DNA of 64,000 bases from Podarcis pityusensis (Eukaryota): assembly GCA_964106645.2 (NCBI GenBank), contig OZ067039.1. The stretch is one strand, 5' to 3'. Of the stretch, positions 28,711 to 42,909 are shown one piece after another; the first letter of the stretch is position 1, and each line of letters starts with the position of its first letter. The translations under genes were made by a program, and so were the position numbers. The notes beneath the pieces were generated by a model. It had not been told where the DNA came from, did not search any database, and saw only the letters and a program-made list of their open reading frames with translations.

Positions 28711-30587
28711 AATTGTGTGCACAGCATCAGACTGTACCATAAAGATGCGCTGTCAACATTTCACAGTTATTTCCTTAACAATGTTCCATTCAATTGGCAG
28801 TGCATGCAAATTACTTTATGCAAATAATTTATTTCCATTCCTGTTACTATTTTGTTTGTGGTGTCCCCTTTCTTTCTTTTTTAAAAGCACCAAAGTACAG
28901 CTACAAATACTGTTTCCTTTTCTGAACAATCCAGCGCCATATTATGTCCCCACATGACCAATGAGAAATAGTTTAGCTAGGGTGGAGATCTCATGTACAT
29001 TGCAACAATCTCTCAAGTGGATTATCCATCTCTTTTTCAGGAGAGAAGTTGTAATTTATTACATTTTTATCCTACCATTCCTCCAAGGAGCGCAAGGCCT
29101 AGTTCTCTCCCTTGGGTCTGGTCTGGAAGCTCCATCTGCTGCAGGATGCAGTGGCTAAATTGCTGATGGAGCCAGATAGCTCACAGTATGTGACAACTCT
29201 GCTAAAACACTTGTGCTGACTACTCATATGCTACCAGGCCAAGTTCAAGGTTATCATGTTAATATACAAAGCCCTGAACAATTTGGGTCCAGGACACTTT
29301 AAATCCCAGCTCAGTCAGTGATCTTCCTGAGGAGCACTGTTAGTGGTTCCCCATGTTTCAGAATACCAGCTGCCTTGAAACAGAAGTTGAGTGTCTCCCA
29401 TCTCATGCTGTGGAATACCTCTTCTAACAAAGACATGGCAGGCACCTGTTTCTCCAAAAGGCAAGAAATCTGCCTCCATCGGATTCCAGGAGGGAATCCG
29501 ACAACTCATGGCTCTCTCACTCTGCCTCTGGCTCAAGGGGGTAAGCACAACAATTCAACAGATCAATCACAACAATATGGTTAAAAATGCAACTACGGTT
29601 TAGCATTGCATGCACAGCCTTGGGTTTGTGTTTGCCGTCTCCACTTTCCTCCAGCACAGCTGCAAGGAGAAACTAAACGTTGCTTTAACTTCTAATTAAT
29701 CATAGCTTAGCATTCTGTCTGAGTCATAAACTGTGGTTAATCTTTATGATGGTTTATTGGAAGAAGCCAGCTACATAACAAGGGCTTAAAGTTGGTTCAT
29801 TTGAGTATCCTATAGTTATTTAAAATGAAATATCTACCCCCCCCCCTGTATTTCTACATGTGACACTCTGGTTAGTTAAAAATGAAAGTTCAGTTCCTTA
29901 TGGCCATATTGGATAAGGACTGGGGAGCATGTGAGTCTGCATTAGGATATTGACATATCCAAATGCAGCCTTCAAAACTGTTAGTTGCTGTTTCTCAAAG
30001 ATAATTTGCCAAGTATTCATCTCAGAGCCATGGGAATTGCCCATTCAGCAATTCATCCCCAGTTATTTATTAACTTCAATAGATTTACATATATTTGTTC
30101 TCTTCTGTCTGTGTTTCTCCTTCCTTCCTTTTTGTCTTTCTCTTCTTCAGAAAGATAGTTGTTGTGTTTCTGCTGCTACCAACCTTACGACACAATTATG
30201 TGTTGCATCCCACCAGTTGAAAATCAGTGTTTTATGGAAGCCTTACATAATTTTAGTACATTCTCATAATTCAGCTATAACGAATACTTTCTTACTTATT
30301 TATAGCAGGCATGCAATATTTGTCACAGAAATGTAAGCTGCAGTGATAAAGCAGAGCTTTTCATGTGTTTTCCCCCTTTCCAATCAGCATCAAATTATCA
30401 AACTGTTCTTGCTTCCTCTTTGTGTTTAAGTTGAATTATTTTCAAAGGTCTTTGCTTTTATTTTAATATATTATGCTCATAATTTTTTCAAGCTACAGGC
30501 ATTTTTTCTTCTTTATAGTCAACATACATTATTTTTTAAAGGTCTTTGCTTTGATTTTAATATATAATGTTCTTAATTTTTTTAAAG

Positions 30588-30632
30588 CCAAAGCCAACTG
30601 AAACTGTCACTGTCACAACTGATGAGTCTGGG
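30588..30632 (+). CDS. CACNA1D: exon 32, cassette in the IVS3-S4 linker (PKPTETVTVTTDESG)
   Basis: tttaaag|CCA ... GGG|gtaaga, 45 nt, in frame. Confidence 0.88.
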
Positions 30633-31064
30633 GTAAGATTAGTAAACTGACCCCAGTGATTGATTGTACCTCTACTTGAGTTTATTCTTTTTACCATGTC
30701 TCTTTTCTCCACTGGTTTTTTCTGTATTTTTTTTCATGATTGTCCTACTAGAAAGGTGTATGCAGTGATTTGGTTTTGTTGTCAGTGTACCTATCAAACT
30801 TTACTACAGACAAACCCAACGTGACCCTATTAACAAACTGGAAAACTTGGAAATGCATGCATTGTGTGAAGCATTTCTACAGGTCTTGTGTGCTAGCATG
30901 TAATTTTTCCTGTCATACCATGTTTATAAAGTGGGAAAAGACCCCAGAGACACATTTTCAAATCTTACCTCTTTCACCTCTGCATTTATTGTTGTATTTC
31001 TTTTCCTGAAATGTTGTATGTTTTGCATTTTGCTTGATCTGATGTTTCCATCGTACCCTTTTAG

Positions 31065-31199
<135 letters not shown>

Positions 31200-31498
31200 T
31201 GAATGGTTAAACTCCTCGCATCTAGGGGTCAAAATACAATCATTCTGAATAGCAGAGACCCTATAGTTATGGCCAATTAGTTATGTGAAACAACCACATA
31301 GGCAGGTGCACATCAAAAGGCAACAGTTGGATGGAGATATATATTTTCTGTTGAGAACACATACACATAGAGAACACATCCCGATCCATTGCACGTGATA
31401 GTGATCTATGTATCACTTAAACTGTGCACATTTCTTGAGAGTACTTAATCATTTTCACAACAATTTAGCATGGCATTCCAACTGAGCCTTAAGCAAGA

Positions 31499-31627
31499 GT
31501 AGGGAACCTGCGCCCTGCTGTTGTTGTTGGACTCCAACTCCCAGTTGTCCCAGCCAGCATGGCCAACAGTCAGGGATGATGGGAGTTTTAGTCCAGCAAC
31601 ATCTGAAGGAGCCACAGGTTCTCTACT
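31499..31627. mobile_element. short palindromic MITE-like repeat (related copies ~27350-27460 and ~34115-34235)
   Basis: Imperfect inverted arms gtagggaacctg..ggactccaactccca / tgggagttttagtcc..caggttctctac, repeated within the window. Confidence 0.55.
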
Positions 31628-32714
31628 CCTTGCGTACAGGGGTTAATGACCTGGCTTAACAAGTCTCCTTTCCCCAGCTAATGATATGGCTCTCATTCCA
31701 GCAGTGCCAATTCTTCATTCCAATTGTCTGCCTTCATGTTGTTGTTTTTAAATTGTTCTTAAGCAGGTTTAAAATAAGAACTTTCTGAAACAATTAGATT
31801 TTAATCATTTTTAAAAGGCACTTGAAACATTTTGACTTTTACCATAATAGCTGCAGAAGTATTTATTAGCCATAAAGCCTAATTTTTTGTCCGTTTAATC
31901 CAATGTAAATTTCAGTGAGTTCAAACAGGCTTACTCTGAAGTAAGTGTTCAAAGGATTGGCATTTTAGCATAATATATCATTGTAAGCATTAGCTATTTA
32001 TGCATAAAATTATATCTCTCAGTCTGGCTCCACATTTAGTTTTTCTTTTTTTAAAATTAAGCCCATCTCCAAATTTGGCTCTTACTGGCTCACTGAGAAT
32101 TCTTGATGTGCAAGGAAACTTTAATCTGATATAACATGTTGCTACTTCAGCTTTCTAACCCCACTTGATGTTGGGTAATTGTAAAAGTGGAAACATGAAG
32201 TATGATTGCAATCTGCCATTCACGATATGATTATGGTGTGGTACCCAAAAGGATACACAGTTGATATAATCACTAATACTTTTCACACAATAGCATCAGA
32301 GCTAGAGGTTTGTAACGTTTTTAGGAATTAGAAATGGTTGAAACTTTCCCATTTGCTCTACTCAAGAAACTAGGTCATGCATTCTCATGCTTTGAAATTC
32401 AAAATGCTGATGGTAGTTTTTAAAACAACTGGTCATTTCAAAAATAAATTCAGTGTACAAGGGAGTGTTGTCATTTCATCATAACATTCCAGGGTGAATT
32501 ACAACCATTTAATAAGGCGATGTTAAAAACAGATTAATGTAATACTAGAATATTTGACTCCGGATCAAGTAGTACTAAACATCATGTATTTTCAGGGGCT
32601 TCTTACCACTGGTCTCTGTGGTTCATTAGATCAATCTACTTGTCTGCCAATAAATGAGATACGTAGTTTAAGCCTACCTGAAGACAGCTTGCCAGCCCTT
32701 TAAGGTGGAGCACT

Positions 32715-32900
32715 CATTTCTCAGAGGTTGAGCACATGCCCTTTGTGGATAAGGTTCCATGTCCAATTCCCAGCATCTGTGCCATTGCAGAAACAGCACT
32801 GGCAGAGACCTTCACCTGACACCCTTGAGAGTCACCAACAAACAGCAGATAGTGCTAGACATGTGGTGTGATTTAGTATAAGGGAGCTTTTTGTGTTCAT
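32715..32900 (+). mobile_element. degraded tRNA-derived squamate SINE (Squam3-like)
   Basis: A/B-box-like head (ctcagaggttgagcacatgc..ggttccatgtccaattcccagcatct) and L2-like tail (tagtataagggagct..tgtgttc). Confidence 0.5.
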
Positions 32901-33093
32901 AGCATTTTAAATATCCACACAGGTTTCAGTTCCCAAGCAGAAAAGGCCAAACATTTTCAGGGAGACTGCAGTTTTCAAATCATTTATCCCTCTCTGCAAT
33001 CAAATTGCATTGGTAAAATGATGCAAAATAGTTTCAAAGGTTATACCAGTTTGTTTGTTTTTAAAAAAATAATAATACTGTTTTTCATTTTAG

Positions 33094-33159
33094 GCTCTGC
33101 CATATGTTGCTCTTTTGATAGCAATGTTGTTTTTCATCTATGCGGTTATCGGAATGCAG
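33094..33159 (+). CDS. CACNA1D: exon 34, IVS5 (ALPYVALLIAMLFFIYAVIGMQ)
   Basis: 66 nt. Confidence 0.96.
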
Positions 33160-34259
33160 GTAATTAAAAACCATATTTGTCTGAAATAAAGAGGCTCTCA
33201 TTGATCAGTTTATAATGTATAGCAACTGCCTACCTCAACATTCCATTCATAGCTTAACTGTGTATGTATATTCTGTAAAGCAAAGGTGAGGAGCCTTGAC
33301 CCATGGGCCTAATTTTGCCTGACATGGGCCCCAATTTGGTATGTGAGGCCATTTTCACTACCCCATCAGCACCTACCTCATGTGGTGTGGGGCAGATAGA
33401 AATGCCTGGCTCAACTGTGACCGGGTTTCCTATGGGAAACTTGAACTGGTCCCTGCAGAAAGCATGGTAGAATTCACCACCAGTCAGATGTTGGGTGGTA
33501 GGCTGAATCCTGCTGATTTAGCAGAACTCGGTTGCAAAGTCTGTTGCTGCAGAAAGCAGTTTTTGCACTGTGGTTCCCAAGGTGCTCACCAACCAGCTGT
33601 TTGTCAGGCACTGTGGAAAGTGCTGTGGAAGGGCCTTTGACAGGCATAATAATGACTTCTAGGAGTTGACAGGTGGGTTGTCCTACCTACCTGCCATAGT
33701 GTTAGGGTCAGAGAGTGATCTGGCTTGTTTGGTTCCCCAAACCCCAGATTTTCAGGGGTGGCCCATGCAGGGAAGAAGCAGAGAGGAAGGTCCTGCCTTT
33801 AAACATGAACTCTCTAACATTTATGGTAGGAAAGTTCAGATCCAAGTCATAGTAGTTTTTTGCAATTTACTGCTATGGCCATTAACACTAACTTAAAAGG
33901 GGCTTAGACAAATCCACATGGAGGATAGTTCTGCCAATAGTTCTCAGCCATGTTGGCTAAGTCTTACCTCTGTTTTCAGTATGCCACCCAATCCCAGTTG
34001 CTGAGATCACACAATGTGGGGAGGGCTTTTACTTTCAGGATCTGCAGGCTTCCTGGAAGCATATTGCTGACCATTGCTAGAAGCAATATGTTAGACTAAA
34101 TCAGCCTTCCTTAACCTGCTGCCTTCCAGGTTTGGCTGGGTACCAGCTCCCATCAATCCCAGCCATCCCAGCCAATCGTCAAGGATGATGGGAGCTGTAG
34201 TCCAAAATAATATGAAAGCTGTCAGGGTGGGGAAAATTGGGCTAGGTTAACCCCCACCC

Positions 34260-34620
34260 GGGACGCGGGTGGCGCTGTGGGTAAAAGCCTCAGCGCCTAG
34301 GACTTGCCGATTGAAAGGTCGGTGGTTCGAATCCCCGCGGCGGGGTGCGCTCCCGTTGCTCGGTCCCAGCGCCTGCCAACCTAGCAGTTCGAAAGCACCC
34401 CCGGGTGCAAGTAGATAAATAGGGACCGCTTACTGGCGGGAAGGTAAACGGCGTTTCCGTGTGCTGCGCTGGCTCGCCAGATGCAGCTTTGTCACGCTGG
34501 CCACGTGACCTGGAAGTGTCTCTGGACAGCGCTGGCCCCTGGCCTCTTAAGTGAGATGGGCGCACAACCCTAGAGTCGGACACGACTGGCCCGTACGGGC
34601 AGGGGTACCTTTACCTTTAC
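34260..34620 (+). mobile_element. Sauria SINE (Squam1-type), full length
   Basis: GGGACGCGGGTGGCGCTGTGG head, GGTTCGAATCC B box, (ACCTTT)n tail; TSD TTAACCCCCA(C/T)CC at 34247-34259 and 34621-34633. Confidence 0.9.
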
Positions 34621-34734
34621 TTAACCCCCATCCACCACCCCACAGGATGTTTCTTATATTCTTATCACCAGACTTGTTAGAGGATAAAACAAAATCATAT
34701 TGGATGGACATTTGTCCTTTTCTTCTTTTTTTAG

Positions 34735-34827
<93 letters not shown>

Positions 34828-35916
34828 TAGATGTTATCTGTTGTTTTGTTACAATTGACATTTGAGTTATAAAACTGGTAAACAGCAGAGGTTCTAAAAT
34901 TCTTTCTTAAAGTTTCAGCTAGGTATAATATCTATTTCACAATAGTTTGAGGACATTTGAACATATTACACATAGGCATCAATTTCATGTGGAAAGCTAT
35001 TTGGAGATCTAGAGGGCTTACATTAACTTAACATGTTTAAGATTCATATACTGATGGTCACTGTATCCACAATGTAAACTGATGGTGGCCTACCATTAGT
35101 ATTGTTTGCATAGTTTTTTGTTATTATTCTTTCTCTTTCTTCTTTAATCTTATTTCATTTTTCAAAATTCCTTTTTAATGTAGTTAATGCTCACTTTCCA
35201 GTGTGATAAATATGAAAAAAGGCCAGTAAGTGAACCTTGATCCAAGATTAAGTGGATCTGTTTGGTCTTCTCTTCTGCTGGTGTCCCTTGAGAGCCACTC
35301 AGTGGTACAGAGCGAAGAAGAAAGGGGCAGTCTTGTCCACTGAGGTCCCAGGATGGCTCTATTTCACCCCCTCTCCAGGATACCTATTGGTTCTTCCTGA
35401 TCTAACCTTGGCCCAAAACGTTTCCAGATCTGGAATGGATCTTTAACCAGACTCCAGCCTTGCCTTGGTGCTGCTTTCTCCTTGCCTGTCAGGCTGTCTG
35501 TTCTTCCATACCCTTCTTCCCTTCTACTGTGTTAATTCTGCTATCCTCCTGCCTGCACATAACACAACACACCTAGACAGTGAAATGTAAAAAAACCAAA
35601 CCCTGAGTATATGAGCTTGCTTTAAATTATCCCAGTGTACTAGCAAGGCAGCAGGATGTTGTAGGCACTCTTTTTAATGCCTGCATCCTTGCAATAAGAA
35701 GAACAGGAATGCTGGCACCTTTAAAATACTGTCACATGAAACACTATTACTGTGATGGAAGTTCCAAAACATGATTTATTCCAGGTTAAACATTAATCCA
35801 AAGTTATGGAAGGGAGAATGTCAGAAGGTGCTGCTCTTTCAGTCACAATAGTACGATGACAGGCAACATGCGCTTGCTGGAATTTTCCATTCCATGCATC
35901 CCTGTGTGTGAGAGGA

Positions 35917-36030
35917 ACCCCACTCAGCGGTTTCATGTAGATGTTAAACAGCATGGAGGATAAACTTAAACCCCAAGGAACCCCCACATTGAAGGCTCCA
36001 CAGGGCCGAATAGTACTCCCCAAGCATCAC
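35917..36030 (-). mobile_element. L2-clade LINE reverse transcriptase fragment
   Basis: Minus-strand GVPWGLSLSSMLFNIYMKPL, a degenerate GVPQGS.LSP.LFNIYM RT motif. Confidence 0.7.
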
Positions 36031-36498
36031 CCTCAGAATGACTGCTGTGGGGGTGGGCCTGCCACTGAAGGGGATGACAGTAAGGAGGGTCTCCTCTTTG
36101 ACCTTTAATTGTCTGTGGCCTTTTAGAAGTGGGTGGGATGTTTTTAATGTATTTTATTCCCCTCACCCTGGTTTTAATGTAGCCATGTGGGTTTTTTGGT
36201 TGGTTGGTTGGTTTTAAGTGTCTTTGGGTTGTCTTGGGCAAGATAAAGTGATGTAACAAATTTAATAACAATGACAACAACAACGGTGGTGGGCAACCTC
36301 CTTTCTGTCAAAGACCACATTCTCTGAGGAGTAATTAATGGGCTCCAAAGCTATTATGGATGGAGTCAAAGACAAAAGAGCACTGAATTAACTGGGAATA
36401 AAGACTATGCTTATTCCAATTTTCCCCATTTTAATTCCCAATCTTTTGCAGCTCTATTCAGATGCAAGCCTCATCTTACATGATGGGATTGCTTCACA

Positions 36499-36735
36499 TA
36501 ATTGTAGGGTTGGAAGGGGGATCCCAAGAACTATCTAGTCCAACCCCCTTCAATGCAGGAATCACAGCAAAAGAAAGACTGACAGATGGCCATCCAAACT
36601 CTCTTTAAAAACCTCCCTGTGAAGTAAAGTCCACTACCTACCAAGGAAGCTTGTTTGAATAGCTCTTAGCTTCATAAAGTTTTCCCTAATGTTTTATCAG
36701 AATCTCCTCTCTTGTAATTTGAAATCACTGGTTCT
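36499..36735 (-). mobile_element. CR1 LINE 3' end
   Basis: gggttggaaggg..tctagtccaacccc..gcagga..gatggccatcc..aatctcctctcttgtaatttgaa is the reverse complement of a CR1 terminus. Confidence 0.7.
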
Positions 36736-37352
36736 ACTGATTACGCTCAAATAAACATACAAAACTAGTAATAATAAGAATAAGAATAAAGCACATGGGT
36801 TTTTGGTACTATAATACCAATATAGCAACTGCACTAGAAAGCAAGTGAAAGTAAATCATTTCTAACATTAGTGAAAGATATATATGCATACATAACAATG
36901 CAGAAGCTTACCAATTTGTTCTCAGATAGTGTCTTTAAAAGCATTTGTTTATTTTTATCAAATAAATTATTGCCCTTCCAGTTGTACTGAAACTACATAG
37001 AAAGTGGGGACATTTTTAACAGCTAGGAAAATAAGAAGTGTATTCAGAGGGAGGGAGGGCCGGTTGCCTTTGTCCTCAGGTAGCAAAAGCCTTGGGGTAG
37101 CCCTGTGCTAAGACAGCCTGTGACAGGGATGCACTATATTGCATCAATCCAAGGAGATGAGAGGTTGCTGGGATAGGGTGATGGGACTGCATGCTCAACC
37201 TCTAGTGCTCTTATACATACATGAACCCTCTACACTGTGCACTCCTGTGACATGTCTGGAGCCCTTGTTAACAAATAAAAACAACAACAGTATCATTCTA
37301 ATTGAAAGAATATCATTTGATTCATTTTGTCATGCTTTATTCCAAATTAAAG

Positions 37353-37512
37353 GTGCGCAACAGGAGAGGCTTGGCAGGAGATCATGTTGGCCTGCATGCC
37401 AGGAAAGCGATGTGATCCAGAGTCTGATTTTAACCCAGGAGAAGAATTCACATGTGGAAGCAATTTTGCCATTATTTATTTCATCAGTTTCTATATGTTG
37501 TGTGCTTTTTTG
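37353..37512 (+). CDS. CACNA1D: exon 36, IVP-IVS6 ([53 protein letters not shown])
   Basis: 160 nt, pore Glu in TGEAW. Confidence 0.96.
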
Positions 37513-37853
37513 GTGAGTCCAGAAACTGGAACATCCTTAAGCACTATGATTGGGCAGCAAAGAATACGACCCTAGACCCCTGGAACAGCACGTGGTGGGG
37601 GGGAGAGGAGATTGCTCCATCTGGCAAGCCAAAAAGTTTGCCTGATGGAATGATCACCTTAGCATGACATTTAATTCCTGACTATAATTTGGTGTGTGTG
37701 TGCATATATATATAAAATTTTCATTCACACACATTGAATCCCTATCTATAATTTGATACATGTATTTAAAATTTGTGCACACATTTCTGTGCACACACAT
37801 TCCAGGATAATATTAATAATTTGCATTTTTCATATGAATATAAATGTAATTAA

Positions 37854-38006
<153 letters not shown>

Positions 38007-38014
38007 TAAGTTAG

Positions 38015-38329
<315 letters not shown>

Positions 38330-39409
38330 TGAATTATAGCCACAGGCTCCTTTCAATCAATCTAATGAAAACCAGAACTTCCTGTTCTTTGTCTTGACTC
38401 ACTGATTTAGAACAAAATGTGGCTGTGAGTGGTAGCAAAAGAAGAGTATAGGTGCAACAAAGCTATATTGTCATTCCTTGCTCGCCAGCTTTGACGAGGA
38501 AGTAGACAATCCCCATCTGTACCTGTCTAGCCGAAGCTATGCTATACATGTAGAACCTTCCAACATAGTTTCACGAATAATGGTGCCTGCTGCTACTTCT
38601 TGGAAGAATGCAGCATACTGCATACATTTGTTTATGATGCCATTAATTTTCTGTATAATATTTGTCTTGTTGTAATGGGCTGGTTCAGACACAATGCCAC
38701 ACAGTGGTTTGGTGCTACATCAAGCTGTCATGCTTCAGCAGCTAAAAACAAAAAAATTGCTGTACCGAGTCAGTTCAGAAGTCCTTGAAGAGTGGAATTC
38801 TGCCACCAGCTAAGACAAGACAAATGTCCTTCAACTGCCCACAAGGAGGACATGATGAAGAGAACTAGCACCCTTTGATTTAACCCAGAATCTGTTAAAT
38901 AAGATGGTTTTGGAACAAGCAAGGTAAATAGGACCTGCATGATTAGATGGGGCTACTTGGAACAAGACTTACAATGAAAGCATGGGCATTTCAGGTTGAA
39001 GGATCCAGAGTCATCTATGTGAAGTCACCTTTTTATCTTTAATCCAGACCCAAATACTTGTATTTTGGGCAGTTTGGTAATAGATAAGCATGTAGGCCAA
39101 AAGTATCCTGCCAAAATTTATTAGAGTACATTTAGAGCTCATTGATTTTGATGAAAGAGTTGAAAAGGAATCACCAAAGTTTAAAGCAATGGAATTTGCT
39201 TAATGTTGGCTGTATTGTGCCAGATATTCCTCAAATACTCATGCCAAGTATTAATTAAATGTGTAAAACCATAGGATACCAGCTATTTTAACATTCTAAT
39301 TTTTGTGTTACACATATACCACATAATGTCTACAATAGATTTTGAGGATCAGGCAGAATTTTTTTCTAGCGACACAGCCGTAGGATAAGCCTCTGGTAGA
39401 TTTTGCTAA

Positions 39410-40042
<633 letters not shown>

Positions 40043-40857
40043 TAAGTGTACCCAAATGAGTTACTTGCCATAAATCCCAATCTGGGGGGGGGGGGGGAAT
40101 AATTTCCTTTGCTGTCAAAAGCATTATAAGGGAAACCAGCCTTGGACTGTCAAAATTATCTTGTTGCTTCTCCTCAGATGCCTAAGAAATATTATTAGCC
40201 CCTAACTATACAGTATTTGTGTACCATGCATCTTGTCTGGGTTCTACATTTCTTGTGCAAATGTAAACTTTCTTTACAGAAGTCGGACCTCTGTCTTTCT
40301 CGATCTTTAAGCACTGTTAGGTCAGTAATTCTGATGAGGATCATTCTTTCAGCACATTGGCTTTTCCTTCATCACATACAGTGAAATAATTTTCAGAGAA
40401 AATTTTACACTTGGTGAAACATTGCCAACTGAATTTGGAGTTTCCAGATGACTTTCTGAATCTACACTCTACTTTTCCTAAGAAATAGGAAAATTTTCTA
40501 TTTCCACCTACAAAATTTTCTGAAACAAAAGGAGAGGGTTTTGGGGAAAGGAGGGGTTTCATGTAAACCCGCATTTGTATCCTTTTCTGCATGCTGTTCG
40601 TCCCCTGTTCACATTTGCCCCTAAATCTGTTCACACCACCCTCATAACTGCGCCAGGGGATTGGGGGAACCTACAGAGCAGATCACTTCTTCTGAGGAGT
40701 GAAGAAGGGTGGGAAGTTCCACTGTGCTCACAGAATGTCAGAAGAACAAATCATAAAGGCACTGTCTTCACTCTGAATATACTTCTTGATGTGGCCAATA
40801 AAAGTTTGTGATGTGATGACATCACAAAGGAAAGTTATAGTGAGGGTAATTTTCCTT

Positions 40858-41204
40858 AGGTAAAGGTAAAGGTATCCCTGCCCGTACAGGCCAGTCGTGA
40901 CCGACTCTAGGGTTACGCGCTCATCTCGCTTAAGAGGCCGGGAGCCAGCGCTGTCCAAAGACAATTCCGGGTCACGTGGCCAGCGTGACGAAGCTGCCCT
41001 GGCGAGCCAGCACCAGCGCAGCGCACGGAAATGCCATTTACCTTCCCGCTATAAAGCGGTCCCTATTTATCTACTTGCACTTAGGGGTGCTTTCGAACTG
41101 CTAGGTGGGCAGGAGCTGGGACCGAAAGACGGGAGCTCACCCCGCCGACCATGCAATCGGCAAGTCCTAGGCACTGAGGTTTTACCCACAGCGCCACCCG
41201 CGTC
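40858..41204 (-). mobile_element. Sauria SINE, antisense, same subfamily as the 34260 copy
   Basis: (AAAGGT)n tail at left and CAGCGCCACCCGCGTC head at right; TSD about TTTTCCTTA. Confidence 0.9.
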
Positions 41205-41318
41205 TTTTCCTTACCTCACTACAAATTTTCCTTACCTCACTACAAATGTTTTCTCCCCAGTGAATGCTTTTCATAGGATGTTTTTGGGAGCCCTTGTCTC
41301 CATTTTAGCACAGCCTGA

Positions 41319-41522
<204 letters not shown>

Positions 41523-41973
41523 TAGTGAGATGATCTCATACATTTCTACATTTTCAATGCATACATATGGATACAATTTTGAAAAAAATACCATGGCACT
41601 AAAATCAGAATAATAGTGGTAATTAAATGATAAATTAAATTATAAAATGCAAAAGCATTCATTAAATATTTTAGATGCTTATTTGCTAATTAATGTTGGG
41701 AAAATGTATCTATTAAATAGAAATATAAACGTTTATTTTAGGAAGATAACATTTGAAAAAATTCTAAATATTGTGATTGTAAATAATTTATTTATGTGTA
41801 AACATTTCATTTTACAGGTTTCAATATAATGTACTGCTAAATTAATAGAGCCTATATTCTGCTCTTATTTTTATTATTGAACATCCTTTTTGATTATGCT
41901 GTCTGCAGGTAATGAAATTAGTCCAAATTTGCACTAGGTCAGTGGACAATTGTGTGCCATTTTTTATAAAGTG

Positions 41974-42012
<39 letters not shown>
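41974..42012. repeat. (TA)n(GA)n microsatellite
   Basis: Direct reading. Confidence 0.9.
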
Positions 42013-42016
<4 letters not shown>

Positions 42017-42853
42017 CTTTTTATAGTAAACAGTGAATATAGACTGACTATAGCCCATTTCCCTCCTCCAAAAAACCCCAAAACAGTTAAATATAACCAA
42101 GTTAATCAGGATGTACAGGATACAGAATTAGTCTTCTGATTTTAATATATAAGCTAGAACTAACTAGGTAAGCTATTATTAATTGTCATAAGACCGCATA
42201 GCCAAGATTTTATAATACGCAATTCTATATATGAAACATATACACCAATATATATTTCTCTTCAGTATAAAATAATGGTGAACTTTTGATTGTAAGTGAT
42301 GTTTTGACTTGCTTTTCATGTTTTAAAAGTGCAGAATCTGTTGCATAATGCAATCCATATCAGTCCTATCTGAGACATCCAAGAGACCGATCCATTTCAG
42401 TTAATTATGTGGCTTCTTTTATAGCTTACTGTACTTTCATAGTGCTAACCCAGCTTTCAATATGGTTTTGGCTCAGGTATGGAAGTGACCCTGAGATCAC
42501 TTCGAGTGGTAGAAGCTGATCTCTCTCTGAAGGTGACATTCTCAGTCTCTAGGGGAAAGAGAACAATACTGGCTGTCCAACTCTTCAGCATGGCGCAAGG
42601 AGTATTTGCTTTGTTGCTGGAAGAGCCACTTGCAACTGGCAGCTCAGACTACAGATGGGATGATGTCAAATCATATCTAGGGAAATCGAGCTGTCAAGAG
42701 AAAACCGATACTGCACATTTAAAACTACTCTGCTCTTTTCTAACCTTACACCTGAGTGCTTGCATGGCCTAGATTAATTGCTTTGTTATTGTTGTAACTA
42801 TGTGCTTGAGCTTTTTCTGCAGCCTCTATTCCTTTCAACTATCAGTCTTTTCA

Positions 42854-42909
42854 GAATATTCTGAAGCAATTCTGTTTTAGGGTGGTGGCATGGAATTAGT
42901 GTTGCCTCG
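42854..42909 (+). promoter_or_regulatory. putative editing-site complementary sequence (ECS) pairing with the IQ exon
   Basis: 42854-42897 is antisense to 45844-45887 with 32 Watson-Crick pairs, 7 G:U pairs and 5 mismatches, no gaps; 42901-42909 can also pair with 45827-45835. Confidence 0.85.
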
